From: the human T2T-CHM13v2.0 reference genome, Homo sapiens
Assembly: GCF_009914755.1 (NCBI RefSeq)
Contig: NC_060935.1
Length of the DNA stretch: 64,000 nt
Direction: 5' to 3' (one strand)
Made by a program: the position numbers and the translations under genes
Shown: in pieces, positions 30,801 through 43,923 of the stretch
How positions within the stretch are numbered: position 1 is the first letter of the stretch
Layout: each line of letters opens with the position of its first letter
The notes under the pieces: model-generated
The model's database searches: none
Told to the model about the DNA's origin: nothing
What the model saw: only the letters and a program-made list of their open reading frames with translations

Positions 30801-32913
30801 GACTTGAACTCAGCTCTGGATCAAGTGGACCTAATAGACATCTATATAATTCTCCACCCCAAGTCAATAGAATATACAGTCTTCTCAGTGCCACATGGCA
30901 CTTATTTTAAAATTGACCACATAATTGGAAATAAAACACTCAGCAAATGCAAAAGAACGGAAATCATAACAAACTGTCTCTCAGACCACAGTGCAATCAA
31001 ATTAGAACTCGGGATTAAGAAACTCACTCAGAACCACACAACTACATGGAAATTGAACAACTTGCTCCTGAATGACTCCTGCATAAATAATGAAATTAAG
31101 GCAGGAATCAAGAAGTTCTTTGAAACCAATGAGAACAAATAGACAATGTACCAGAATCTCTAGGGCACAGCTAAAGCAGTGTTATGAGGGAAATTTATAG
31201 CACTAAATGCCCATCAGAAAGCTGGAAAGATCTAAAATCAACACCCTGATATCACAATTAAAAGAACTAGAGAAACAAGAGCAAACAAATTCAAAAGCTA
31301 GCAGAAGAGAAGAAATGAGTAAGATCAGAGCAGAACTGAAAGAGATAGAGGCATGAAGAACTCTTCAAAATAGACCACTAGCTAGACTAATAAAGAAAAA
31401 CAGAAGAATCAAATAGACCCAATAAAAAAATGATAAAGGGGATATCACCACTGATCCCACAGAAATAAAAATACCACCAGAGAATACTATAAACACCTCC
31501 ATGCAAATATACTAGAAAATCTAGAAAAAAGGGATGAATTCCTGGACACATACACCTCCCAAGACTAAACCAGGAAGAAACTGAATCCCTGAATAGATCA
31601 ATAACAAGTTCTGAAATTGAGGCAGTAATTAGTAGCCTACCAACAAAAAAAAACCCAGGACCAGATGGATTCCAGCTGAATTCTACCAGAGGTACAAAGA
31701 GTAGGTGGTACTATTTCTTCTGAAACTATTCCAAACAATAGAAAAAGAGGGACTCCTCCCTAATTCATTTTATGAGGCCAGCATCATCCTGATACCAAAA
31801 CCTGGCAGAGTCAATGAAAAAAGAAAACTTCAGGCCAATATCCCTGATGACATCAGTGCAAAAATCTTCAACAAAATACTGGCAAACCGAATCCAGCAGC
31901 ACATCAAAAAGCTTATCCCCAATGAACAAGTCGGCTTCATCCCTGGGATGCAAGGTGGGTTCAACATATGCAAATCAATAAACGTAATCCAGCATACAAA
32001 CAAAACCAAAGACAAAAACCACATGATTATCTCAATACATGCAGAAAAGGCCTTTGACAAAATTCAACAGCCCTTCATCCTAAAAACTCTCAATAAATTA
32101 AGTATTGATGGGATGTATCTCAAAATAATAAGGGCTATTTATGACAAACCCACAGCCAATATGATACTGAATGGGCAAAAGCTGGAAGTATTCCCTTTGA
32201 AAACCGGCGCAAGACAAGGATGCCTTCTCTCACTACTCCTATTCCACATAGTATTAGAGGTTCTGGCCAGGGCAATCAGGCAAGAGAGAGAAATGAAAGG
32301 TATTCAAACAGGAAGAGAGGAAGACAAATTATCTCTGTTTGCAGATGACATTATTCTATCCTTAGAAAACCCCAGTGTCTCAGCCCCAAAACTCCTTAAG
32401 CTGATAAGCAACTTCAGCAAAGTCTCAGGATACAAAATCAATGTGCAACAATCCCAAGCATTCCTACACACCAACAATAGACAATGAAAGAGCCAAATCA
32501 TGAATGAACTCCCATTTATAATTGCTACAAGGAGAATAAAATACCTAGAAATACAGCTTACAAGGGACGTGAAGGATCTCTTCAAAGAGAACTACAAACC
32601 ACTGCTCAAGGAAATAAGGGAGGACACAAACAAATGGGAAAACACTCCTTGCTTATGGATAGGAAGAATCAATTTTGTGAAAATGGCCATACTGCCCAAA
32701 TGAATTTATAGATTCAATGCTATTCCCATCAAACTACCATTCACTTTCTTCATAGAATTAAAAAAAAAAAAAAACCACTTCAAATTTCATATGGAACCAA
32801 AAAAGAGCCCAGATAGCCAAGATAATCCTAAGCAAAAAGAACAAAGCTGGAGGCTTCATGCTCCCTGGCTTCAAACTATACTACAAGGCTAGAGTAACCA
32901 AAACAGCATGGTA
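27882..32913 (+). mobile_element. L1P3-type (L1PA8-13) element: 5'UTR, ORF1 (~29189), ORF2 (~30292); 3' end deleted; frames disrupted
   Basis: gaatagaaacagctccgttctgcagctccc 5'UTR; ORF1 fragment 29815-30162; endonuclease and RT fragments 30804-32703. Confidence 0.9.
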
Positions 32914-33647
32914 CCATGTAAGACATGGAGTTAAAGAACATTATTTTGGAGCTTTAAGATTTAATAGCTGCCCTACTGGGTTTTGTATTTGAATGGGGCT
33001 TATCCCCTTCTTTTTGGCCAATTTCTCCCTTGTGGAATAGGACCATATCCCATTGCCTGAACCCTCATTGTATCTTGGAAGTAACTAACTTATTTTTTAT
33101 TTTGCAGTCTCATAGGAAGAAAGGACTTGCTTGCCTCAGATGAGACTTTGGACTTATATTTTTCAGTTGATGTTGGAATAAGTTAAGATTTTTGGGGACT
33201 GTAGACTTTGGGGAACTGTTGGAAAGGCATGATTGATTTTGAAATCTGAGAAGGACTTGAGATGTGGGAGGGGTCATGGGAGGAATAATATGGTTTGGCT
33301 CTGTGTCCCCATTCAAATCTCATGTTGAATTATAATCCCCAGTGCTGGGGGAGGGACCTGGTGGGAGGTGATTGGATCATGGGGGGAAGATTTCTCCCTT
33401 GCTGTTCTCATGAGATCTGGTTGTTTAAAAGTGTGTAGCACTCCCCCATTTGCTCTCTCACCTGCCGGCCATGTGAATATTTGCTTGCTTCCCCTTCAAC
33501 TTTCAACATGATTGTAAATATCCTGAGGCCTCCCCAGCCATGCTTACTGCACAGCCTGCAGAACTGTGAGTCAATTAAACCTCTTTTCTTCATAAATTAC
33601 CCAGTCTCAGGTAGTTCTTTATAGCAATGTGAGAACAGACTAATATA
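32914..33647 (+). mobile_element. MSTA-int 3' remnant (32914-33285) plus 3' MSTA LTR (33286-33647)
   Basis: gacatggagttaaag...ttggagctttaagattt; polypurine tract, then taatatggtttggc...gactaatata. Confidence 0.9.
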
Positions 33648-33794
33648 CCAAGTTCCTGTGAAGCAGTTCATTTGGTCTCACTGGTCACTACCAGCCCTCC
33701 TTTGCTCCATCTGAATAGATTTCTTTGAAAAACCCTTACCTAAAAGCTACTCAGCTATGTCTCTTGCCCCAGGAAATCTGCTTAAATTCTAAGA

Positions 33795-34365
33795 CTGTTC
33801 TAGATATAAATTACTGTATAACAAACTACTCATTACTTAGTGGCATAAAATAGAAACCATTTTATTACACTCACAGATTCTGTTGTTCAGGAGTCTGGAC
33901 AAGGCACAGGATTATGGCTTGACTCTGTTCTCCATTGACTGGAGCCTCAGCTGAGAAGACTCAAATAGTTGGATATGACTGATTGGCCGGACACTTAACT
34001 CATCTGGAGCAGACTCATTCACAGATCTGACACCTAGGCTGGGATGACTCCTAGGCTGAGCTTGCCTAAGACAGTCTTCTAAATCTATAAATGGTCTTTG
34101 TATATGGTTTGGGCTTCCCCACAGCATGGTTGCCTCACAGTAGTTGAAATTCCATTATGGAAGCTCAGGGATCCATGAGACAGAACAAAAGCTGCATGGC
34201 TTTATATCTGCTAGCCTCAGACCTCAGAAGTCACAAAGAGTTTTTGGTTACACTCTATCGATAGAAGCAAAAACAAGTCTGTACAGATTAAAAAGGAAAG
34301 GACATAAATCTTATCTTTCAATGAAAGGAGCATAAGATAATTTTCGACTACTTTAAAAATCATCT
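33795..34365 (-). mobile_element. MLT1H/G-type LTR
   Basis: tgtataacaaactac...acttagtggcataaaa...ctcacagattctg...gggcttccccacagcatggttgcctc...ctcagaagtcac. Confidence 0.75.
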
Positions 34366-34561
34366 CAGGGTTGCAAAACTTAGTAGATAAAAAGATGACT
34401 AATCATTTTGTACTCAATTCTGAATGTTCAAAGAAGAAACTTTATGGGAGGGCCAATGCAATGTGTAAAGAAGAGATGTATTGATCAGTTGGTGAGACCA
34501 GTGAGTCTTTCTAGTAACCTAATGACCCAGAAGGACACACGGCCATAAGAGGGCTTACTAG

Positions 34562-34892
<331 letters not shown>

Positions 34893-35004
34893 TGATTTAT
34901 AGCTGTAAATATTCATCAGAGAATCTTTGGAAAGAATGAAAATCCTGAAGAGAATTTATTGTGCAGAAGATTAAGAATAACACTAAAAATAAATAATCAA
35001 AAGT

Positions 35005-35230
35005 TATCATTTGTTGAAATTTTATTAGTTGTTAGGCACCATACTAATGCTTACCCTATTTTATTATTTTACTATTCCTCAGAACTATTTTGTGAAGTTG
35101 TTATAGTGATTCCCATTACATAGATTAAAACACATCAGCAAGGTTAAGCAATTTGCTCAAAGTCACACAGCTAAATTTGCCACAACAAACATCTGCACTT
35201 CTGTTTTTCCAGCACTCAGAACTCTGATTC
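35005..35230 (-). mobile_element. MIR
   Basis: ttaggcaccatactaatgct...cccattacataga...aggttaagcaatttgctcaaagtcacacagcta. Confidence 0.75.
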
Positions 35231-36962
35231 TAATAAATTGGTTTTGGTTAGAACTGATAAATTCACCTGTTCTAAAAAAGGTGTAAGATGACTTTATTTT
35301 GAAGAAGGGCTTGTCCTGTAACTGAGGCAGGTAAGGTTAAGAACAAAAGAGAAAATAGTGATTCACGTACTTGGCAAATTGTACCATGGAAGCAGAGCTT
35401 GACTGGATTTCAGTCTGCTTTAGGTTAAGAATTCTGTGCTCCATAAACCTGTCTGTTTATTAAGTGCTATAACCTTTTACATTAATTTTGTTTTTGTGTT
35501 TTTGTTTTAGATTTTTCTAGAAAAGTTTCATTGAAAAACTCCCAACTTGGGCAACTGAGGGATTGGGAAATTGTGAAATAGCCAGACAGATACCAAGAGA
35601 GTTGGGGAGTTCAGAGTGCAAACACAGGCCAGATGGGAGGAGAGAGCAGCAGCCACACCAGCTGGAGATAAAAAGCCCAACAGCTTATACAAAGAACAAA
35701 GGGTAATAACTTGAGAGCAGGAGAATCTTGATTGCTACGGTTGTGATTCCTCCTGCCTCAGATATTCTTTATACTCACACTGAGCTTCAGTTCTGACATG
35801 TTTTGCTCGCTCCATCCCTGTGAAACCAGGACTCACTCTACTTAATTAGAAAAGAAACCTAAGTAAGCACAGGCTTTTATTTTTCCTAAATGGGAAAGGG
35901 GATGCCATAGATAACTGTTTTGTCATCAAGGCAAGACCAAATTGCTGACCCTCTAATTATATTGGGCAGAATAACAACGGATCTTACTGATGGCCTTCCT
36001 AATTCTGGAGCTCAGAAATCAAATTAAAATGGGAGATATTATGCTTACAAGCTAATTTGCCCAGAGTTCATTATATTGGAGGCTTACAAAAGAGCTTTGT
36101 GACTAATTACTTTGCACTGTCTACTTCCTCAATATTAGAGCTGATATCATCTATCTAAATATAATCAAATCAGATCAATGTCAAGTCAATGAGCTGACAG
36201 AACCAAGAGTAAATTTAATATATGGTTGAGTCTGAACAAGTTTAAACATGCATATACTTTAAAGTACATATGTGACATGTAGCTTTACATGAAATGTCTA
36301 GTGTTCTGAAATTACAAAATTATGCATGATACACTGATGTTTGCAGAAAAATAGTTATTTAATCCCAAAAAATGATATACTGTCCTCCTAGGTAACTCCT
36401 GCCCCTCATACCAGTATTGGATAAGAAGGAGGAGAAATATCAAAGCTAATTTGTGAGGGGGTTGGACCTGGTTATTTCAGTTAAATTTCATATTTTGAGC
36501 AAACACCTTGAGATTTGTTTCTTTGGCATAAATAACCAAATTTTCAGATCTCTTCCTTTGTCCCTTCTTCACTTCAGGGTAGTATCTGCTGGTATAAGGG
36601 GTCTTATTATACACATGCAATCAGATGAAGAGGGACTCAAAACTGCTTTAGGTGTAGTTTGCCATTGTGTAGGCTAATGACTCCTGGAGTGTGACTGGTG
36701 ATCCCTGGGTACTTGTTGCTATTCATTACTGATGTAACTTGTAATTTTGATTCTATCAGTTTGGTCAGGGTAGGCATCTCTGCTGACAGGACTCCATATA
36801 AGCTCTTTCTACTGCTCTCCCTTGGCTCTAGGTATGGCAGTGGTGTGCATATTTCCAGTCCAGGCTGACTATTGTTCAAGCCTTTTGGCCCTCCTGTGAT
36901 CCTACTCTTGTCCAAAGTCCGAATCTAGAGACATTCAGCTAACTCCCATGCTATTGTCACGC

Positions 36963-39656
36963 AGTATTAGTCCATTTTCTTTTCTTTTTTTTTTTTTTTT
37001 TTGAGATGAATTCTCACTCTGTCACTCAGGCTGGAGTACAGTGGTATGATCTCATCTCACTGCAACCTCTGCCTCCCGGGTTCAAGTAATTCTCTGCCTC
37101 AGCCTCCCAAGTACCTGGGATTACAGGCACCCCCCACCACGCCAGGCTAATTTTTTGTATTTTTAGTAGAGACAGAGTTTCACCATCTTAGCCAGGATGG
37201 TCTTGAACTCCTGACCTCGTGATCCACCCGCCTCAGCCTCCCACAGTGTTAGAATTACAGGCATGAGCCACCGCACCTCATGACATTAGTCCATTTTCAT
37301 ATAGCTATGAAGAAATACCCAAGAATGGAAAATGATAAAGAAAAAGAGGTTTAATGGACTCACAGTTCCACATGGCTGGGGAGGCCTCACGCTCATGGCG
37401 GAAGGCAAAGGAGGAGCAAAGGCACATCTTACATGGTGGCAGTCAAGAGTGTGTGTGCAGGAGAACTCCCTTTTATAAAACCATCAGATCTCGTGAAGCT
37501 TATTCACTCTCATAAGCACAGGAAAAACCCACCCCCATGATTTAATTACCTCCCACTGGGTCCCTCCCATGACATATGGGGATTATAGGAGGTACATTCA
37601 AAATGAGATTTTGGTGGGGACACAGCTAAACCATATCATTCCACCACTGGCCTCTCCCAGATCTTAGGTCCTCACATTTCAAAACCAATCATGCCTTCCC
37701 AACAGTACCCCTAAAGTCTTATCTCATTTCAGCATTAACTCCAAAGTCTACCTTCCAAAGTCTAATCTGAGACAAGGCCAATCCCTTGCACCTATGAACC
37801 TGTGACATCAAAAGTGAGTTAGTTACTTCCTAAATTCAATGGAAGTACAGGAGTTGGATAAATACCCCTATACCAAATGGGAGAAATTGGCCAAAATGAA
37901 AGGGCTACAGGCCCCATGCAAGTCCAAAATGCACTAGGACAGTCATTAAACTTTAAAGTTCCAAAATAATCTCCTTTGACTCCATGTCTCACATCCCGGT
38001 CATGCTGATGCAAGAGGTGGATTCCCAAGGCCTTGGGCAGCTCTGCCTTTGTGGCTTTGCAGGGTACAGCCCTCCCAGCTGCTTTCACAGGCTAGCGTTG
38101 AGTGTCTGTGGCTTTTCCAGGCACACGGTAAAATTTCCTGGTAGATACGCTATTATGGGGTCTGGAGGATGGTGGCCCTCTTCTCACAGCTTCATGAGGA
38201 AGTGTTCCAGTGGGGACTGTGTGTGGGGGCACCAACCCAACATTTCCTTTTTGCATTTCCCTAGCAGAGGTTCTCCAAGAGGGCCTTGCCCCTAGAGCAA
38301 ACTTATTCCTGGACATCTAGGCATTTCCATACATCCTCTGAAATCTAAATGGAGGTTCTCAAATCTCAATTCTTGACTTCTGTGCACTCACAGGCCCAAC
38401 AGCACATGTAAACTGCCAAGGCTAGGGGCTTGCACCCTCTGAAGCAATGGCCTGAGCTATACCTTGGCCCCTCTTAGCCATGGCTGGAGCTGAAGCAACT
38501 GGGATGCAGGGCATCAAGTCCCAAGGCTGCACACAGCAGGGAGGCCCTGGACCAGGCTCAGAAGACCATTCCCTGCTCCCCCAGGCCTCTGGTCCTGTGG
38601 TGGGAGGAGCTGCTGTGAAGGTCTCTGACATGCCCTGGAGACATTTTCCCCATTGTCTTGTGATTAACATTTGGCTCCTCATTAGTTATGCAAATTTCTG
38701 CAGCCAGCTTGAATTTCTCCTCACAAAATGGGTTTTCCTTTTCTATCACATCATCAAGCTGCAAATTTTCCAAACTTTTATGCTCTGTTTCCCTTTTAAA
38801 CATAAGTTCCAATTCCAAACCATATTTTTGTGAATGAACAAAACTGAATGCTTTTAAGAGCACCCAAGTCACTTCTTGAACAATTTTCTGCTTAGAAATT
38901 TCTTCCACCACATACCCTAAATCATCTCTCTAAAGTTCAATGTTCTACAGATCTCTAGGGCAGGGAAAAAAATGCCTCCAGTCACTTTGCATAGCAAGAG
39001 TAACCTTTATTCCATTTCCCAACAAGTTCTTTGTCTCCATCTGAAACCACCTGAGCCTGCAATCCATTGTCCATATCACTATCAGCATTTTGGTCAAAGC
39101 CATTCAACAAGTCTCTAGGAAGTTCCAAACTTTCCCACATCTTCCTGTCTTTGGCGCCCTCCACAACTCTAGGAAGTTCAAGTTCCAAACTTTCCCACAT
39201 TTTCCTGTCTTCTTCTGACCCCTCCAAAAGGTTCCAAACTCTGCCTGTTACCCAGTTCCAAAGTCATGTCAACATTTTTCAGTATTTTAGCAGCAGTACC
39301 CCACTCTATCAGTACCAATTTACTGTATTAGTCCATTTTCATACTGCTATAAAGAAATACCCAAGAGTGGGTAATTTATAAAGAAAAAGAGGTTTAATGG
39401 ACTCAGTTCCACATGGCTTGGGAGGCCTCACAATCATGGCGGAAGGCGAAGGAGGAGCAAAGGCATGTCTTATATAGCGGCAGACAAGAGGACGTGTGCA
39501 AGGGAACTGCCCTTTATAAAACCATCAGATCTTGTGAGGATTATTCACTATCATGAGAACAGCACAGAAAAAACCTGCCCCCAATGATTCAATTACCTCC
39601 CACTAGATCCCTCCTACTACATGAGATTGGGATGGAGACACAGACAAACCACATCA
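36963..39656 (-). mobile_element. Complete THE1C-type provirus (LTR 36963-37638, int 37639-39323, LTR 39324-39656)
   Basis: two similar LTRs and a full THE1-int; TSD cacgc (36958-36962) / cacgt (39657-39661). Confidence 0.92.
36980..37284 (-). mobile_element. AluSg-type (Sg7-like) inserted into the THE1 LTR end
   Basis: 14-bp TSD attagtccattttc at 36966-36979 and 37285-37298. Confidence 0.92.
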
Positions 39657-40289
39657 CACGTCTGGAAGAAAGTAGATGCATCCACGTTATATAGGAATGG
39701 GGGCAAGCTAAAATCAGTTTCTTTTTTGACTTAACAATGCTGGACCATGAGTTTATGTTAAAAGATGACTAACACCACTAGCCTCCTTGATGTAATGATA
39801 TTATCTGTCAGAGTTCTTTGTTAGATAAGGAGAAAAACTCCCTGCCTTCAATGTTCCCTCCACTTAAGATGCACACATCATTCTCTCTGGTATGAGATTC
39901 CAATCCTTTGCTCTTTCATGTTGCCATTTAGTGTGCCAGCCTCATGGCTGAGTAATAAGCAGAGGAGGCTTCTTCTCAGGTATGTCCTATGACCTGAACA
40001 CAGAATTGGTTCTTGATGTGCTAAGACAATTTTAAAAATCCTCAATCTTTTCTCAAATCCTGGAATATAAACTCTTCTGTCTTATTGCAAAGTTATTTCT
40101 GTGAATTCTGGCAGCTGAAGAGCAGCCCTTTATTACTCTGCATTTTACCATTAACAATTCTGAACATTCCCCACTCTTTCCCTACCTGGACCACTCCTGG
40201 TAGTAGAAAGGTGTCTCAAGATGACTAAGGAGAAGGACATGAAGACAAAATAAAAAAACAGAAAGACACATTAACAACTACCAAAATAT

Positions 40290-40748
40290 TCCCCCTTGTG
40301 TGGGTTAATTTCCACTTTTCCTCTTACTCTCTCCAAGAAGATCCATTTTTTCCACTTTGCTGCCCTACTCAGGTGACAGATCTCCACAGACTGCTTCATT
40401 TACACTCTCTTGCTTTCCACTGATTCTTTAAGCCAATGGGAAATATCAAAGGGATATGAGAAAGAAAAGGAAGTGATGTCTACTTGTTTTCTCCTCACCC
40501 TTCCTGCCTCAGTATAGTTTTGGCAGAGTCTCCATTCCCTATAGTCATGGATCCACTTGGATAGTTCTGTTTCTTGACCCCAGATGTATATAGTCCTCTC
40601 CTTGACCCTTCAGTACTAGAGGAGATGATTTCCTACTGTGGAAATGTCCTTGGTGTTTTGTCATCACTTGTTGGCTTCTTTAACTCTGCCCAATCTAAAT
40701 AGTCTCACTTGAGTTTCTTATTTCCTACTTTGATTTTTACTGATATAC
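40290..40748 (+). mobile_element. LTR16C-like ERVL LTR
   Basis: agccaatgggaaa...ccttgacccttcag...taactctgccca...aaatagtc...actgatata. Confidence 0.6.
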
Positions 40749-40877
40749 CTCATTGCATTATCAATTAAAATAGTTCATTTTTTTTTGAACAACTATGTAT
40801 TGAGAATCTATTCTGTGCCAGGCATCAATCTTAAGATAAGTATAATTTCTGCCAAAATAAAAAAGGAAGAAAGTATC

Positions 40878-41002
40878 TGTTTCTTGCTTCCTGCCAGAGG
40901 CTTTGCTCCCCAGCCTGTAGAATGGCCACACTGCAGGCTACAACCCTTTACAAGAAACAAAGCTCTTCTTTATTTACAAACCTCATCATTTTTCAGTTGA
41001 CA
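40878..41002 (+). mobile_element. ERV1 LTR 3' portion (MER39/MER34-like)
   Basis: ctgcaggctacaaccctttacaagaaacaaagctc...cctcatcatttttcagttgaca terminus. Confidence 0.6.
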
Positions 41003-41349
41003 TGATTGAGGAGGAAGCTGGGTAATTTCCCCCCAATCTAAGATCTCCTGCTTTTAAGTTGAAAATTTTGGAAGTGTTATTTTTCTCCACTTCTTTTCAT
41101 TTCTTCCTAATTCCTTCCCAGACCTTGTCTCAATTCCCTCAATTCTGGACCCTGAAGGGAACACCTCTGTTGGCCCTGGATTTAGGAGGTACCTTCCCAT
41201 CCTTCCTGGTTCCCTCAATCTGGACCCCAGAGGGGTCTTCCCTGTCAGCCCCAGGTTTGGAGGGATTTCCCAGTCCAATTGGACTCAGCTGGTCCATAAG
41301 GTTTTGTGAGGATGTTCACACAATGGATACTTAAGAGACTTCAAGTTAA

Positions 41350-42125
41350 GGTGAGTGCACTTGTAGAGAACCATACTTCTCTAAGGGAGAACATTTTTTC
41401 TAAGAAGACAGGACAGAAAACTGTTGTTTTTAAGGGGACAGTACAAAGAACTTTACTTCTAAGGGGATAGAGAACTTTACAGTATAGAGAAACTTAGTTC
41501 TAAGGGGACAATCTTTGATTAGCTGCCATAAAGAACCCCAGTGGCTTACATGCTTAAGAACAATGGGAAGATATAACTTTTTTAACAAAGGACACATAAT
41601 AGTATGATGGCTAGCCTTAAAAATTATCTTGATTAAATTAAAGAGCAAAATTTGACCTGAAACAAAGTTAAAATCCTTTGTAAGCTCAAACTGCATACTT
41701 CGGATGCCCTGAGGGAATAACAATGAAAGCCACTCTGCCTTGTGATGTTAAATAGTTAAAATTTTGTGATTTCACTGCCACAGCCCGGGTTTGATCCCCA
41801 GTCAGGAAACCCTTTTGGATTGAAATTTATGTAACTTTTGTCAATTATTGATCTTTTTCTCTTTCATAATGGCCGGCTTTTTATTTCCTGTTTTCTCTCT
41901 GTGAGGGCACGTGAGGCTTTTCACCTTTGTGTACAGATGGTCAGCTGGGAAGCTAAGATCCTTAAAAAATATGTCTGGACAGAAATGTGGGTTGTACTCC
42001 AATTATGGCTTGCAAAACTTTATTTGTCTTATGAGGACTACTTTGCACTTCTTTGGAGACATCTTGTGCATTGTTGGTTAGGTCACAGTTTTGGTTAAGC
42101 CTCATTGGTTTTCCTTGTGGGGGAT
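41350..42125 (+). mobile_element. ERV1 (MER4-group) internal leader fragment
   Basis: atggctagccttaaaaatt...gttaaaatcctttgtaagctcaaactgc; embedded tRNA-Glu-like segment. Confidence 0.55.
41737..41811 (+). pseudogene. Decayed tRNA-Glu-like sequence
   Basis: tttcactgccacagcccgggtttgatccccagtcaggaaa aligns to the 3' half of tRNA-Glu (TTTCACCGCCGCGGCCCGGGTTCGATTCCCGGTCAGGGAA), mostly with CpG transitions. Confidence 0.7.
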
Positions 42126-42128
42126 TAT

Positions 42129-43923
42129 GTTACAAGGCTACAGTAACCAAAAGGTCCTTGTGTTAGTACATTTTGAATATTGTGAAGAAATACCTGACAC
42201 TGGGTAATTTATAAAGAAAAGAGGTTTATTTGGCTCACAGTTTTGTAGAATGTAAAGGAAGCATGACACCTGAATCTGCTCAGTTTCTGGTGAGGGCTTC
42301 TGGGAGCTTACAAACATGGCAGAATGCAAAGGAGGTACCAGTGTCTTACATGATGAGAGACAGCAAGAAAGAGAAGAAGGAAGTGTCAGGTTCTTTTAAA
42401 CAACCAGATCTTGTGTGACTCATTACCACAGAGAAAACCAAGCCATTCATTAGGGACCTGCTCAGATGATGCAAAGATCTCCCACCAGGCCCCACCTTCA
42501 ACAGTGAAGATAACATTTCAACATGAGATTTGGAGGGACAAACATCCAAACTATATCAGTACTGGTACAAAAATAGACACACAGACCAAAAGGACAGAAT
42601 GGAAATCCATGAAATAAAACTGCATGACTACAACCAATCAATCTTCAACAAAGTAAAAAAAAAATTAAAAATGATGAAAAAATACCATATTCAATAAATG
42701 ATGCTGAGAAAACTGGCTAACCATATGCAGATAAATGAAACTGAAACCCTACTTCTCACCATATATAATAATTAACTCATGATGGATTAAGACTTAAATG
42801 TAAGACCTCACCTATAAGAATTCTAGAAGAAAACCTAGGAAATACTCTTCTAGACATTGGCCTTGGCAAAGAATTTATGACTAAGTCATCAAAAGCAAAT
42901 TTAACAAAACAAACAATGACAATTGTGATCTAATTAAACTAAAGAGCTTCTGCACAGCAAAAGAAACTATCAACAGAGTAAACAATCCACAGAATGGAAG
43001 AAAATATTTGCAAACTATGTGTCTGTCAAAGAACTAATATCCAGAATCTATAAGGAACTTAATGAAATCAACAAGAAAAAACAAATAGCCCCATTAGAAA
43101 ATGGGCAAAAGACATGAACAGACACTTTTCAAAAGAAGACACACAGGGGGCAACAACTATGAAAAAATGTTAGACATCATGAATCAGTAAAGAGATGCAA
43201 ATCAAAACCACAATGAGATGCTAACCTACAGCAATCAGAATGGCTATATTAAAAAATCAAAAAATAACAGATGCTGGCAAGGTTGCAGAGAAAAGGGAAT
43301 GCTTACACAGTGTTTGTGGGAATGAAAATTAGTTTAGTCACTGTGGAAAGCTGTTTGGAGATTTCTCAAAGAACTAAAAACAGAATTACCATTTAACCCA
43401 GCAATCCCATTACTGGGTATAAAATAAATTGCTCTACCAAAAAGATACCTGCATTAATATGTTCATCACAGCACTGTTTACAACAGCAAAGGAGTTGGAA
43501 TCAATACAGATACCTGCCAACAGTGGAGTGTGTAAAGAAAATGTGGTACCTATACCATGGAATACCATGCAGCCATAAAAAGGAATGAAATCATGTCCTT
43601 TGCAACAAAATGGATGCAGCTGGAAGCGATTATCCTAAGTGAATTAACGCACAAACAGAAAACCAAATACAGCATGTTCTCACTTATAAGCAGCAATTAA
43701 ACATTGGGTATATGCAAACACAAAGATGAAAAGAGACATTGAGGGTTCCAAAACAGGAGAGGGACAGAGAGAGCAGGGGTTGAAAAACTACTAATCAGTA
43801 ACTATGTTTGCAACTTGAGCAATGAGATCATTAGAAGCCCAAACCTCAGCATTATCCAATATACCCATGCAACTAACCTGCACATGTATGCCTGAATCCA
43901 AAATAAAAAAATAAAAAAATAAA
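42129..43923 (+). mobile_element. L1PB-type 3' fragment (ORF2 end, 3'UTR, A tail)
   Basis: tacaaggctacagtaaccaaa...ggcaaagaatttatgactaag...attagaagcccaaacctcagcat...cctgcacatgta. Confidence 0.88.
42159..42558 (-). mobile_element. MSTB-type solo LTR nested in L1PB
   Basis: tgtgttagt...ggacaaacatccaaactatatca; TSD gtcct/gtact. Confidence 0.88.

Larger units (their letters stand above)
36440..40205 (-). mobile_element. Possible old ERVL-class internal remnant, interrupted by the THE1 provirus
   Basis: 40188-40205 reads tactaccaggagtggtcc on the minus strand, resembling the ERVL PBS start tggtaccaggagtgg; boundaries uncertain. Confidence 0.35.

Noticed and set aside
31360-31385. ~50-bp internal deletion in L1P3 ORF2
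   Set aside because: Ordinary microhomology deletion in a dead element.
35420-35880. Possible very old LTR
   Set aside because: Composition is suggestive but I cannot assign a family or termini.
39109-39230. ~55-60 bp tandem duplication in THE1-int
   Set aside because: I recall similar duplications in other THE1-int copies, so it is probably an inherited variant; not verified.
41378-41513. CRISPR-like repeat/spacer appearance
   Set aside because: Repeats are short, degenerate and irregularly spaced, in primate DNA with no cas genes.
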